Source of the DNA: Schmidtea polychroa
Lineage: Eukaryota
Assembly: GCA_044892525.1 (NCBI GenBank)
Contig: CM097885.1
Coordinates: forward strand, 52,640,001 to 52,704,000
DNA length: 64,000 nt
Direction of reading: 5' to 3'
A program made the translations under genes and the position numbers. The notes under the pieces are model-generated. The model searched no databases. It was given only the letters and a program-made list of their open reading frames with translations, and was not told the DNA's origin. Positions 15,045-28,108 of this stretch are shown here, piece after piece. Positions within the stretch are counted from its first letter, which is position 1; every line of letters begins with the position of its first letter.

Positions 15045-15574
15045 TTATTTTTTATTTAAAAATTTACAAATAATGTACAATATGGTAACACCTGATGCAA
15101 GTTTAATGTAGTTTTTAAACTTGGTTTTCTGTTGATCGATTTCCCTAGGATTTCTGGCGAGTTGATTGAGTGTACCCCATACGCCATTGGCTTCTATTCA
15201 TGGAGAAAACTTGGATTTGATTATCTAAAAATGAATATTATTAGTATATCGAATATAAAGAAAAAGCCTACTTCTTGAGACCACCTATAATAGTATTCTG
15301 AGTCCCATAGACCTTTTTTCTATAATGATTTTTATATAAGTGAACTTTACAATTATTCGGGTCCACTTCATTATCTTCATCGAATACGCGATTGAAGAGT
15401 CTATTGAAGTAGAACTTCTTCGTCTCCAGACAATCCATATCCAGAATGTTCTAGTAATCAATATGATCCCCCTCGATAATTTCTTCAGTCCGATTGATTA
15501 GGTAACTGAGGCTTTCCGTAATTTGTATTGACGATCTCATTTAGCAATTTGTTGATGAAATTAGGTTGTGACAT
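15045..15574 (-). pseudogene. Bcl-2-like pseudogene of element B
   Basis: Homologous to 20469-20997 with the intron at the same position (WSQE|IIKSKF); BH2 Trp codon changed to TGA; frameshifts. Confidence 0.85.
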
Positions 15575-15878
15575 TTTTGCAGTAATTTAAAATATAATGT
15601 TTTATTTATACTACTACTAATTGTATGCAATAGGATTCTGATTAGTTAATAGACTATAAATGTAAAATATATGAGTTTTGATATGATACAATATGTATAC
15701 ATCATTTCTATTGGTAATTAATATAATGAGTGTGTGCTCACACAATACAACAATAACAGTAGAGCCTTCAAATAAATCAATATGTGTTTGTCCAAATACT
15801 GCTAGGCTGATGGATATTTTATATATTATTAGTAAACCAAAATAGTCAAAGCATCCACGAAAAGGAATATCAGAAAGA

Positions 15879-16199
15879 TTGGAGAATTTAGAAAACAGCT
15901 ATAACCTATCATTTGAATATATAAAAAAGATAAAACTTAATTTACTTGATCATATTGATGATTTCAAAAAATTAATTGTTGAAAATAAAAAGAATATGAA
16001 AATTGTGGATAAGAAATATGATCATTTGTTAAGAATGATTGAATTAATAATAAAAGAAATTCAGACAACTAAAGGGTCGATAGAAAATCTGAAAACCGTT
16101 AACAATTCAACGTTACCAATTTCAGACAATATGGCAGCAAATATGAGTACACCAATATTTAGATTGCCATTGTTTATTTTAAATTATTTTATTGTTTAA
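15879..16199 (+). CDS. Hypothetical coiled-coil protein inside element B
   Basis: 106-aa ORF without an ATG start; absent from the equivalent position in element C. Confidence 0.3.
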   Translation: MENLENSYNLSFEYIKKIKLNLLDHIDDFKKLIVENKKNMKIVDKKYDHLLRMIELIIKEIQTTKGSIENLKTVNNSTLPISDNMAANMSTPIFRLPLFILNYFIV

Positions 16200-16239
16200 T
16201 AAATGTATTGATTTGTTTCATTGTCTTAATACTCTTTTA

Positions 16240-17214
16240 ATTTGTTGAGTGTGAGTAGAACCTTTGCGACCATTACGAATAGTGGGACAGAATATTTTGT
16301 CGGATAAACTCAGAGTATACCTTTTGTTTGATATACATATTGTAGGGTTTTGAAAAATTCGAAGGTGTTTAACCCATCATAAACCTTCTGACCATCAAAC
16401 TCACCTCTCAAATATCTTTCGAATGACCTATCAAATAATAAAATTGGTTGGCGGGAACTCTGAAAATTTAAACTCTAAAAATGTGACCTTGCAAAATAAT
16501 AATATTTTGAAAAAATAATAATATGACCTAGATAAAAAATATTTTGAAAAATAATAATGAAATATTAATATTTTGAAAATAATAAAATGACCTTGATAAA
16601 ATGGTCTGGAAAAATAGTTAATATCTTTAAAAATAATAAGGATAATAGCGATAGCTCACTAAAATGGTCTTGCACTGGGCTTTAAAATGAGCCATCGAAC
16701 AATATAATCGATTGATAGGAACATTAACGTTTGGGGTGAGAAAAACCAGGACTACGCAAGACCAATTAATAATATTTTTAAAAATAACAATAATTTTTGA
16801 TGACTCATCGCATGAATCATGTGACTTAGAGAATGAACTTAATTTTAGTCATATGACCTTGAGAATGACCTTTAATTGGTCATGCGATGACTCATTTTCG
16901 AGTATTGTCAAAAATAGGACTCCACCAGACCACTTAATAACATGTTATTTATAAGTCATCGTGTGGGTCATATGACATTGAATAAGTTAAAAATAATAAT
17001 ATTTTATGAATGAGTCATCGTAAGTCATGGAATTTGTTTCAACGACCTTGATGAGTCGTTCGATGAGCCAAGGTCTTTCTCTCAATGACCTTAATAAGTC
17101 ATTGTCTTAATTTAAAAATTGACCTTGAAAAAGTCTTTTAAAAATTTTTTATTCTTGAGGAGAGGGTATGTGGTCTTGCGGAGTCCTGGTTTTGCGGTGC
17201 CCAATCCATCTACT
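16240..17214 (-). repeat. TIR region of element B
   Basis: Diverged match to the TIR of C: palindromic module, TGACCTTGA and TGAGTCA arrays, terminal direct-repeat pair. Confidence 0.8.
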
Positions 17215-17987
17215 GATAGAACATTTTATTAGTGTTCACCATATCCAAATTAATTTGGAACTATTCAGAAAGAACAATTTATCAGATGTATTACATCAAC
17301 ATTTGGAACTCAGAGATTTTGCACATATTACCAAATACGAATTTAGAGTTTCTATATTCATCACAAGAACTTTTTTTTAGAAACTGGGAAAAACAGAAAA
17401 CGAATAAATACAAATTCATTGATAAAGAAATTGGTTTCCAAAATGAATTTCTTAAATTCGAATGTGTAGGGTTATAAAAATGATCTCCGTAGGAAAATGA
17501 TTCACAATCTGACATTGCGTGTCCTTTATTAAACTGAAAATATGTACCACAGTATTTATTTTGACTGTGAAATTCCTAGTTTAATTTAATTGTAATGGGA
17601 TATTTGATTGCACTAACGGATATACTAAATTGTCTAACTTCTTAAGGAATAATATCTATCAATTGTTAAAACAAAATTCCATTTTTTCGCTGTTATTTCT
17701 TATTATTTGCAATATTAAAACGTGAATACTTTTCGTTGACCACGACGATTCAAAGGTTTGCATAGGAATTTCTATATTTTGTTTATGTTGCAAAGAGAGA
17801 ATTGAATTAAAATTTGCAAAATTGTTGCATGGAAATCGAATGAGGGGCTTCAACTCTAAAGATTTCCGTATTAATCAAAGAATGAAAGATTTCCCCATAT
17901 AACATTCCGTAGAAAATCGAACAGTTAAGTAATATTCCATTATATAATCAAAACTTCGACCTCATCAAACCATTCTAACTAATTATA

Positions 17988-18782
17988 ATGAATAAAATAT
18001 GTCAGAATTCTACTTGTAATAAGAAAACTACAACCCCGTTATCGAGATTTGTTCAATGTAATCATGTTTTCAGTTGCCATTGCTTCCAAGAGTTCTTCAA
18101 TATCAGTGATCTTTGTTCATTCGATAAGGACATTACGAAAGAAATTCTTATTTGCGATATAAATAACATACCAATATTAACTAAAACAATGGATTTGGTT
18201 CGTTTTGACATGGTTGACAATAGTTTCAGCTATATCTGGCCAGAAATGTCTGAGGAAATCATTTATAGGTGCAATTGCGTCCTAGATGATAAACTTTCTA
18301 ACATGAAAGACTTATTGATAGATTTCCGGTTACGTTTAAAAATATACCTAAACGGAAAATATCACGTTTCTGGATTTTTGAAAGGTTTCGTGAGTTCCAT
18401 TAAAAATTATTTCTTTAAACGTCTTCGTAGTTCCACTAAAGGTCATTATAAAAAATGTATTCAATTTCAAAATGATCTCATTTTTACTGATTTGCTTTTC
18501 AAACATTACTCGTCGATGATGAATCGGACGAAGAAAATTGAAGAAGCCTGGAAGCTCGTCAACTCAAATTTCAACAAAATCAAGTTGCTTTTTCAATGGT
18601 TAAATGCAACACAAATGTACATTCTGACTATATGTGAGTCTAAAGAAAACGAAAATGTTTCTCAATGCTCTCTTATGGACATGAAGTCATTCAAAATATC
18701 GAAGAAAATTTATAAAATGTATTTTGAAGTAAATCAAGTTTTACAAAAGATATCAGAAGGGTCTGTGTTTCGGTACGATTAA
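17988..18782 (+). CDS. N-terminal RING-finger protein, diverged copy
   Basis: C-x4-C...QCNHVFSCHC...CSFDK; paralog of the two 277-aa copies with a 13-aa deletion. Confidence 0.75.
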   Translation: MNKICQNSTCNKKTTTPLSRFVQCNHVFSCHCFQEFFNISDLCSFDKDITKEILICDINNIPILTKTMDLVRFDMVDNSFSYIWPEMSEEIIYRCNCVLDDKLSNMKDLLIDFRLRLKIYLNGKYHVSGFLKGFVSSIKNYFFKRLRSSTKGHYKKCIQFQNDLIFTDLLFKHYSSMMNRTKKIEEAWKLVNSNFNKIKLLFQWLNATQMYILTICESKENENVSQCSLMDMKSFKISKKIYKMYFEVNQVLQKISEGSVFRYD

Positions 18783-19711
18783 TATCAAAATTAATTACTG
18801 TAAAAACATTAGGAAAATCACCCCCTTCCTATTACAAGAAAAATATTTATATTTTCACTATTTAGATTTTAATAATAATTATTTGGCATTTATTCGCATT
18901 TCTTTATTATTTTATTCTTTCTTAAATTTTAAATATTTCTAGTAGTATTTCTCCATAAGACATTTGTTGTCTCAGAGGTTCAATTGATACTTTGTCACAG
19001 CTCTTCCCAATAAGGTGTTTCAAAATATTCATTTTGCCTATAACCCATTTATTACACATAAAAATATCTGACAACTGAATGAAACTTTCGATTTTTATTT
19101 TCTCGTTTAAAATCAAACCTAACTTAATATTCTCTTCATTAATTGATCTATTTCTAAAATCATTTCTGAATATATTTTTTCTCACACAATATCGCAGTTA
19201 ACTAATTATCCAATAGAACTATTTGATTAGTCGCAATTTTAATTTGCTCGTCCCTCACAGCTTACTGAACTTTAGTTTGATGAACATTTAGTGTGCTATT
19301 CAAAGATATTCGATTTCACTTCTAGAGCAGTTGATCTACTTACATTTTGGGAGCTTGATGTTGTAGAACGATGGCATCCTTACAGTTGACTTATTCGGAG
19401 CGTTTGGATGTTTCACCTTCCACATCGCCCTTATCTACTGTGGCACGGAAGTCTACCGAATTAACGGCATGCGAAAGGGTAAACTGGTATGACATTTTGA
19501 GAGTCATCTGTGTATGAATAAATTAAAATTATTTATAGAAAATGAATATGATGAAAAAGTTAAATGAAATTATCGTTAAAGAAATGTTTATTAATAAATT
19601 TATAAATCGGTTGCATGACATAGATTATTTTACATATAGTTACAACAATCGGTATCATCTATAGATTTATTTAATTTTTAACACAGAGTGATCAATTTTG
19701 AATAGTAATGT

Positions 19712-20462
19712 AGTAGAAGGATTGGAGCCCGCTAGATCAGGAGCCCGCTAGATCACATATACCCCCCGGCCGGAAAATTTTTAAAAAATTTTCTAAGTCT
19801 AAAAGTACATTTTTTTTCAAGGTCAAATTTTAAACAAAGACATATGACTCATCAAGGTCATTTAAACAAAGACCATGACTCATCAATACCATTCTCAAGG
19901 TCATATGACTCATCGTGATGACTCATCAAGGTCATATTATTATTTTTAAAAAATATTATTATTTTATTATTATTATTCAAAATATTATTAGTGATCTAGC
20001 GGGCTCCTGGTTTTCGTTTGCCCAAAAGTTGTCGTTCCAATCATTTTATTTCATCGTTCGATAGCTCATTTTAAAGCTTAGTGCAAGACCTTTCGAATGG
20101 GCTATTGAAGGTATCATCGTCATTAATATGGACAAAGTTATTATCGTTTTCCCGAGACCATTTTCAAGGTCATATAATTATTATTAGTATTAGTATTAAT
20201 CTATATACTCCGAGTTTATCCGACAAAATATTTTGTCCCCCTATGGGTAATGCTCACAAGGGTACTGCTCACGCTCAACAACTCGCAATGGTATTATTAT
20301 TATTATTATTATTATTAGTTTTAGCACACACTCATTATACCAATATGAATTTAGTTTTCATGGTGTATCAAATCAAAACTCCTATTTTTATAGTCTATCA
20401 ACCAATCAGAACATATGTTATTTCAGTGGTAATATAAATAAAGCAGTATATTAAAAATTATT
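19712..20462 (+). repeat. Left TIR of element C
   Basis: Starts AGTAGAAGGATTGG; 19825-20462 is the near-identical reverse complement of 34342-34991. Confidence 0.92.
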
Positions 20463-20468
20463 ATAAAA

Positions 20469-20997
20469 ATGTCTCAATTTAGTGAAAATGTTCTAAACGG
20501 AATTGTCACCGCGAATATAGTCGACAGCCTCAATTTCCTGATCAATCGAACTGAACAAATCATTGAAGGTGAACATATCGATTATCAGCAAATGATGGAG
20601 ATAGAATCCCTGGAAACCAAGAAGTATTACTTCAATAGAATATTTCAGTGTCTTTTCGATGAAGACATGAAATGGACAAGGATAATTGTAGGATTCACCT
20701 ACATGAAGATAATCATTGCAAAAGGTCAACATGACTCAGAACATTATTATCAGTGGTCTTTAGAAGTAAGATTTCTTTTATAATCTACATATATATTTTA
20801 ATAATATTCATTTCTAGATAATCAAGTCCAAGTTTACCCCATGGATAGAAGCCAATGGCGGATGGGGTGTATTAAATAAACTGGCCTGCAATTTTAAAGA
20901 AACTGATGAAATCAAAAGAAAAATGAAAAACTATATAAAACTTACAACTGGAGTTGTTATAATGTATATTTTCTGTAGATATATGAATAAAAATTAA
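20469..20997 (+). CDS. Bcl-2 family protein, 158 aa, two exons (20469-20765 and 20818-20997)
   Basis: BH1-like LFDEDMKWTRIIVGF, BH2-like PWIEANGGWG, hydrophobic C-terminal tail TTGVVIMYIFCRY; 52-nt GTAAG...TTCTAG intron. Confidence 0.88.
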
Positions 20998-21041
20998 TGT
21001 TATTGTTTTTAATAGTATATTTAAATGAAAATAATTCAATT

Positions 21042-21376
21042 TTAAAATTTATTAACACATTCGCAATCATCATCTCCACATTTCATTATATTTTCAACGA
21101 CATGATCAATACAATCATTCGTAATATTATCTTTAGGTTCCTCTATAGGTTCATAGATTTCGTCATCAATTTCTTGAGTTTCTTCCTCATCATCAAATCC
21201 TGTATCTTGACTCTCAACTACCCAGCCCATATTTAATGCATTTGTAACAGATAATATATCCTCAATTTTTACCCTAGATATTTCAGCTAATTTTGCCAAC
21301 AAAAAGTTGATTACAAATTCTAAATAATAAATAATTTGGAAATTAATTAATCATGTTAACCTTTTTCTGCAGACAT
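21042..21376 (-). CDS. Small acidic protein, two exons (intron 21320-21360)
   Basis: MSAEKE|FVINFLLAKLAEISRVK...; splicing supplies the missing ATG in frame; paralog in element B. Confidence 0.7.
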
Positions 21377-21509
21377 TATTAACACTTTAAAACTATATTA
21401 TAAGTTTGTTTATAGATTTTCTTTGTTAAATTTGCATGTCATTTGCATCAATGTTGCAATTAATAAAGAGAAAAAACAAATATGACTAATACATTTATTA
21501 AATATCACA

Positions 21510-21929
21510 TTAAAATAGTTGTGAAAGTCTAGCAGACATAATTTTCCAAATTGGAGAATACACATCATTATTATCAACTTTATATCCTTGGATTGCAATT
21601 GTTATATACCAATTTTCGTTTTCTTTGAAGCTGATTTCATCAAAGGAATCGTAAAATCTTGCATATCGGTTGTTGAAAAATGCATGTTGATTACAAGATA
21701 GATTCGTATTCAACCGTTTGAAAACCTCATCAATAGATTTAACATCTATCGTTGAAAGCGTGCCGGATAAAAATTGAAATTGGGTAGGAATTAGCTTGAT
21801 CGGTGACACCAATTTCATATTGATTTCTTCTTTTAAAAAATACATTTTATAGTTGTGGAACATTTGAACAGGTTGTACAAGTTCTGGAACAACTTTTGGC
21901 TTTTCAGTGCTTGAAATTTTCTTTGTCAT
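21510..21929 (-). CDS. Conserved Polinton accessory protein, possibly an OB-fold ssDNA-binding protein
   Basis: 139-aa ATG ORF with a paralog in B; C-terminal ITIAIQGY...VYSPIWKI resembles viral SSB beta-strands (weak). Confidence 0.6.
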   Translation of the reverse strand: MTKKISSTEKPKVVPELVQPVQMFHNYKMYFLKEEINMKLVSPIKLIPTQFQFLSGTLSTIDVKSIDEVFKRLNTNLSCNQHAFFNNRYARFYDSFDEISFKENENWYITIAIQGYKVDNNDVYSPIWKIMSARLSQLF

Positions 21930-22005
21930 CGTGAATTATGATTAAAATGAAATGTTACAGGGATTTTATACCTATGACTAATGTTTATCAACCAATCAGA
22001 TTGCT

Positions 22006-22108
22006 GCATGTCTTTGTTTAAATTGCATGTCTTTGTTTAAATTGCATGTCTTTGTTTAAATTGCATGTCTTTGTTTAAATTGCATGTCTTTGTTTAAATT
22101 GTATGTCA
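22006..22108. repeat. 19-bp tandem repeat TTGCATGTCTTTGTTTAAA, ~5 copies, next to a CCAAT box
   Basis: Read directly; lies upstream of the 21929 start codon. Confidence 0.85.
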
Positions 22109-22261
22109 TTTGCATTAATGTTGCATTAATGTTTTTATTATAAATATTGTTTTTTTTTATTATTATTTCTAATATTACTATTATTACTTATATTATTACT
22201 ATTTCTATTATTATTTCTATTTCTATTATTTATATTTACAAAAACAATTCAACATAAAAAT

Positions 22262-22667
22262 TTATTTTGATACAATCTGACTCGAGTGTTGATTTCTCAG
22301 AGTCTTCACCAAACACCATTCAACATATTGTTGATAACGGAAATTGCAGCAGCTACATCCGAAAATGCAAGGAGCCTCTGGTTTCATTTCTTTCATCGCC
22401 CTTCCTATCTTGACATCCCATAGAAAGGTGTTTATTATATCGAATATCCAGATTCGTGTTTGGTTGTATACCAAATCCGGAATGATAGCTGGATCTCTAT
22501 CTTGTAGAATTTCATTTAATTCTGGATAATAGAAGCATAATCTTTGCAGGATAATTGATTGATATTCATCTGTAAAATATATATTAATGTAATAATAAAA
22601 ATTTGAAATTACCATAATTTGCATGCTCTTTCATTGAGGTGATTGCGGAACTTTGTATGTTGTACAT
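22262..22667 (-). CDS. Hypothetical Cys-rich protein, two exons (intron 22570-22612)
   Basis: MYNIQSSAITSMKEHANYD|EYQSIILQRLC...PCIFGCSCC; phase-1 GT-AG intron keeps the frame. Confidence 0.6.
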
Positions 22668-22741
22668 TTTGTTGAATAAATGATTTCTAAACAGAAAACA
22701 TATTGTTTAAAACAATCATTAACCAATTAGAAATTAACCAA

Positions 22742-23178
22742 TTAGAAATTGACCAATGAAATTATCTCATTTCGAACATTGTCAATAAATTCCCTATACT
22801 CCAAATTTCTCAACCCCAGCATGACAACCTTTCCACTAGCAAACACGTTGACACATATAGGGTTATATTTTATTAGTCTTAGTGCGGGAAACAATTCCGG
22901 TTCAAACATACAATCACATTTTTTCGACATGTTATATAGATTGATACTATGTCCATATCCATAGTAACGGTAATTGATTGGATTTTAATATTATTTATTC
23001 GATATTGTAATTTATTAATATCCAAGGGTTTCTTACATCCCATGATTCTACATTTACCAGTCTTGAAAAATATTATCGGGTATTTCCCGCTTCTATCGAT
23101 AATTTGCTGAAGTTTTCCTGGTGGGAACCTCATATTTGTTACATCAAAATTTCCTCGATAATTTATATTTGCTAACAT
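22742..23178 (-). pseudogene. TATA-binding-protein-like gene (~146 aa) with a 1-nt frameshift near 22953
   Basis: IFFKTGKCRIMG, IKIQSITVTMD, FEPELFPAL, VNVFASGKVVMLG match the two TBP repeats. Confidence 0.85.
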
Positions 23179-23275
23179 TATTAAATCATTTATGAAAATT
23201 AGTCTTTATATACAAATTGAGTACGAGTTCATTAAATCATCGAATATAAACAAATACACATATAAAATTTTTGAA

Positions 23276-23887
23276 ATGGAATTAAGAAATGATGCAGTAT
23301 ACCAAATCGTTGGTCCGAGTGGTAGTGGAAAAACATTATTTGTTTGTAAATTACTAAAATCAAATTTATTCAAATCAAAATTCAACAGGATTTATTGGCA
23401 TAGGGGTGCTGATGAAGAACATGGATTAACTCAATCAAGTTTCTGTAAATTAAAAAACATGAAAATAGTAAAGGGATTCGATAAAAACTGGTCCAGCCGA
23501 TTAAAGAAAGGTGATGTCATTATTATCGATGATTTGTATCAAGAAGCTAATAAAGAAAAAGATTTTAATAATTTATTTACAAAGATCAGCAGACATGTTG
23601 GTGTAACAGTTATTTTCATAACACAAAATCTATTTCATCAATTGTACAATTTAAATGTACAATATTTAGTTATTTTCAAGAATCCTAGAGATGCAACAGT
23701 GATTGATTTTCTTGCACGTCAAGCATACCCTAACAATCGTAATTTTCTTATCAGTGCATTTCAAGATGCTACAAAAATACCTCATGGATATATATTTCTT
23801 GATTTCACACAACAATGTCCCGATGATTTACGAGTAAAAACAGATATTTTCAACCCAAAAGGTGCCATGGTTTATAAACAAAGTTGA
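23276..23887 (+). CDS. A32/FtsK-like packaging ATPase
   Basis: Walker A GPSGSGKT, Walker B IIIDD, SRH...ITQN, FKNPRD, PHGYIFLD; apparent short deletion after QNLFHQ. Confidence 0.93.
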   Translation: MELRNDAVYQIVGPSGSGKTLFVCKLLKSNLFKSKFNRIYWHRGADEEHGLTQSSFCKLKNMKIVKGFDKNWSSRLKKGDVIIIDDLYQEANKEKDFNNLFTKISRHVGVTVIFITQNLFHQLYNLNVQYLVIFKNPRDATVIDFLARQAYPNNRNFLISAFQDATKIPHGYIFLDFTQQCPDDLRVKTDIFNPKGAMVYKQS

Positions 23888-23905
23888 AAACCTCTATGAA
23901 TAATA

Positions 23906-24430
23906 ATGTTTCTAAAAGCAAGGGTGAAAAATATTAAGAAATTAAGAAAAGGTATTAGAAAGAATATTAAAGTTCCAAAAGTTCCACCAACAACTAGTTA
24001 TACACCGTCTAAAAAACTTGTAACTGAAAATTTCTCTGCAATGAATCTTATTTCGAAAAATCCTAAACCTAAACGTAAAACCAGTAAACGTAAAATCAGT
24101 AAAAAAGTAGTTAAAAATCATCGCAGTTTTCCATTTTTTAATGCATTGTTAAAGGCCCCGAGTATGAAAAGAATGAATATATTGCAAAATTTCCCAAATT
24201 TTGTTGTCGATGATTTACTCAATATTATACTTAAAGTAGTCAAAGGCAAAATTAAAATCAGTAAATCAAAAAAGCATTTATTGAGCAAACATAGGAAACC
24301 TTTGTTATCATTAGTAAATAATAAAAATCGTAATCAAATGAGGAAAATTATATATAAACAACAAGGTGGATTTATTGGTGCATTGATACCTCTGGCATTA
24401 TCATTATTAGGTGGAGTTACACAGTCATAA
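23906..24430 (+). CDS. Basic virion core-like protein with an adenovirus pX-like C-terminus
   Basis: Lys/Arg-rich; ends QQGGFIGALIPLALSLLGG, similar to the adenoviral pX GG-hydrophobic motif. Confidence 0.75.
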   Translation: MFLKARVKNIKKLRKGIRKNIKVPKVPPTTSYTPSKKLVTENFSAMNLISKNPKPKRKTSKRKISKKVVKNHRSFPFFNALLKAPSMKRMNILQNFPNFVVDDLLNIILKVVKGKIKISKSKKHLLSKHRKPLLSLVNNKNRNQMRKIIYKQQGGFIGALIPLALSLLGGVTQS

Positions 24431-24491
24431 ACAATGGGTGCTAATCCTTCATTGCCCGACATTAAATTTAATTTTAAATCTTCTTGCTGTA

Positions 24492-25625
<1,134 letters not shown>

Positions 25626-26105
25626 ATTTTTATACTATTTTACCGAGCAATAGTTGCCCATTAATTCATCCAGACAATCAAGCCAGTAAATTTATGGTCA
25701 ATCTCCAGAATCCGATTTCTTTAAATGGTGACTGGGAAGTTGCACTGCAAGATTTTACATTCGTGTACAACACATTCCCATTTTATAGTCAATGTAAGAT
25801 TGATTTCAAAAGGAATATTGTGAAAACATGTAGCGGTATCTTTATTATCAGTAATTATGATAAAACATATCATATTCCGAATCAAATATTAGATTCGCAT
25901 TGCTATATGTTTTACAAGGATGGATTAAATATCAGTTGTGATTTTAAACCATTTACAATAACATTCGAAACTATTGAAGATGCCAAACGAATGGGTTGCA
26001 ATAAGTTGAAAAATATTGTTACGGAGACCGAGTATTTATTACGTTTTAATCTATTTGAAGAAAACAGTTCAAAAACTCATTTGACATTACATTTTCGTAA
26101 AGTAG

Positions 26106-26480
26106 ATGGCAAATTCTGATATTATTAGTATGTATAGTGGTAGCCAATCTGGCGGTGAATTACCATATTTCATTGGTAAACAGTACGGATCAGGATGGTT
26201 GAGAACAATTGGTAGATTTGCCCTGCCTATTCTTAAACGTATTAGTAGTTTTGGTATGAAAACTGCAAAAGATGTTATTATGAATGAACAGATAATATTA
26301 CCATCTCTAAAAACAAATGCTTTAGCTGAATTAGGGAAAGTTTTACCAGGGGTTGCAGGTATGTTTCAAAAAGAAAAATCTCCAGCTCCAGCTCCAGCTC
26401 ATGCTCCAAAACGTAAAAGACATGGAATATCACGTATAAACAAACGAATGAAAGGACATGGAACTATATTTGCAAAATGA
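26106..26480 (+). CDS. Maverick core-like protein with QxGxG motifs
   Basis: QSGG, QYGSGWLRTIGRFALPIL amphipathic segment and basic tail; lies directly before the major capsid gene. Confidence 0.75.
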   Translation: MANSDIISMYSGSQSGGELPYFIGKQYGSGWLRTIGRFALPILKRISSFGMKTAKDVIMNEQIILPSLKTNALAELGKVLPGVAGMFQKEKSPAPAPAHAPKRKRHGISRINKRMKGHGTIFAK

Positions 26481-27701
26481 TTTGTGGTAAATCTGAATTA
26501 TGTATATTTGATAGACCATCGCCCCAGGCTGTAATAGAATTTGGGGCATTTGAGGAAGTTTTTCCTATGGATTCAATTACCGATAGTAGAAATGATATCG
26601 AGTTTTATATTAATGGTTCGCAAACTGAATATTTAGATTTGAACGATACTTTATTGACTGTTCAGATCAAGGTTGTAGATAAAGATAGAAAAGTTTTGGA
26701 TGCCAATGCAGATGTAATACCGAACAATTTCATGTTTCATACTCTGTTTAAAGATGCAGTGTTGGGATTTAATAATATCAAGATTGAGGGTGGAAATAAT
26801 ACATTCATTCACAAGGCTTTGATAGAAACTATTTTAAATTACAATTCCGATACTAAAAATACCTGTCTTACACCTATGGGTTATGCAGCAGCAGATGATG
26901 AAAGAAAAAAGTGGGTGAAAGGTTCAAAGGTTTTCACCATGTGCTCATCGTTACAACTTGATTTTATGGATCAACCGAAATATTTACTACCGAGAGTTAA
27001 TGTACACATTAGATTGAAAAGTTCCGATTCTGCATTATCTCTTACTATTGCAACTGGTGCACCAATATGTCAATTAGTTGATGCAAAATTATTGGTGAGA
27101 AGAGTCCGAGTGGACCCCTCAGTATTAGCTGGTCATCAATTGGGTCTTAATTCAAAACATGCAATTTATCCTTTAAAAACAAAGGAAATTGTACAATTCG
27201 CTATTGCTAAAGGTGCTTCATCATTCTATAAAGAACAAATATTTGGTGACAGAAAAATGCCTAATTTTATTCTGATAACATTTCAAAGTGAAGCACAATA
27301 TAATGGATCTTATACTGCGTCGAGCTCAATTTTCAAAAACTTTAATGTTACTTCATTGACTTTGTCGAAAAATACTGATTATAGAGAAACATATATTCAA
27401 AGTTTTGGAGAATGACAATTACTGTGCGACATATATGCAGAGTATTGTTAGAAATCTGGGTTATTTAGATAAAAATTTGAATTGTGGAATTACTCTAGAA
27501 GATTTTAAAATCAAATATCCATTTTTCACATTTGTTTTAGCTCCGGATTTTGATTTAAATCAGAGTCAACTACCACAAAACGGGAATTTACGACTGGATA
27601 TAAAGTTTGCAAAAGCTATTACTGAACCGGTACACGTTATAATATATGGAGTATTTGAAAACGAAGTTCAAATTACTGCAAATAGAACCGTGCTAGTATA
27701 A
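26477..27701 (+). pseudogene. Double jelly-roll major capsid protein (PY) with a frameshift near 27405
   Basis: KSELCIF...IEFYI.G...YLDL, QPKYLLP.V, GNLRLDIKFAKA motifs across two overlapping ORFs. Confidence 0.92.
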
Positions 27702-27760
27702 ATGTATACAGAAACACAAAAAGTTGTCATGGAGTAAGTTGTTTTTTATATTTTCTGTAG

Positions 27761-28108
27761 AACCCATCGTTAGTATCGAGAATGGCTGCAATGATGATAT
27801 TTTTATGGATTCACCATCGAGTAAATTTATTTTATTAAATTAATAAATTTAAAGAATGATTTAGGTGATTGTCAAATAATTGAAATTTCTGGAACGGCTG
27901 AAATAAATGAAATGGTGGAATCATCAAGTAAATTTAATTTATTTTATTTTATTTTATTAAAAACCTTTTAGTTCAAAATGTTGACTTGGACGATGAAATT
28001 AATGGCCAGGCTCGGGAAGTCTCGACTCGAGATGATGAATTTGATGCCTCAACTCATGATGTCCTCTCTGAGGATGAATCCGATTCTGATATAGAATCGA
28101 AATGTTAG
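27761..28108 (+). CDS. Micro-exon acidic protein with SIM-like motifs, copy C (5' part lost or unresolved)
   Basis: Phase-1 introns 27821-27864 and 27928-27971; PIVSIENG...SS|DCQIIEISG...SI|QNVDLDDE...IESKC*. Confidence 0.6.

Larger units (their letters stand above)
10190..17214 (-). mobile_element. Polinton element B: degenerate inverted paralog of the left arm of element C, interrupted by a Gypsy element
   Basis: Homologs of the C genes at 21510-21929, 21042-21376 and Bcl-2 in mirror order; TIR ending at 17214 (reverse complement AGTAGATGGATTGG). Confidence 0.85.

Noticed and set aside
17214..19712. Termini of B and C as two ends of one element
   Set aside because: They face away from each other, differ in sequence and share no TSD
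20081..20437. ORFs 20081-20437, 34367-34735 and 53032-53777
   Set aside because: Lie in non-coding TIR or tandem repeats, lack true ATG starts, and recur only because the repeat does
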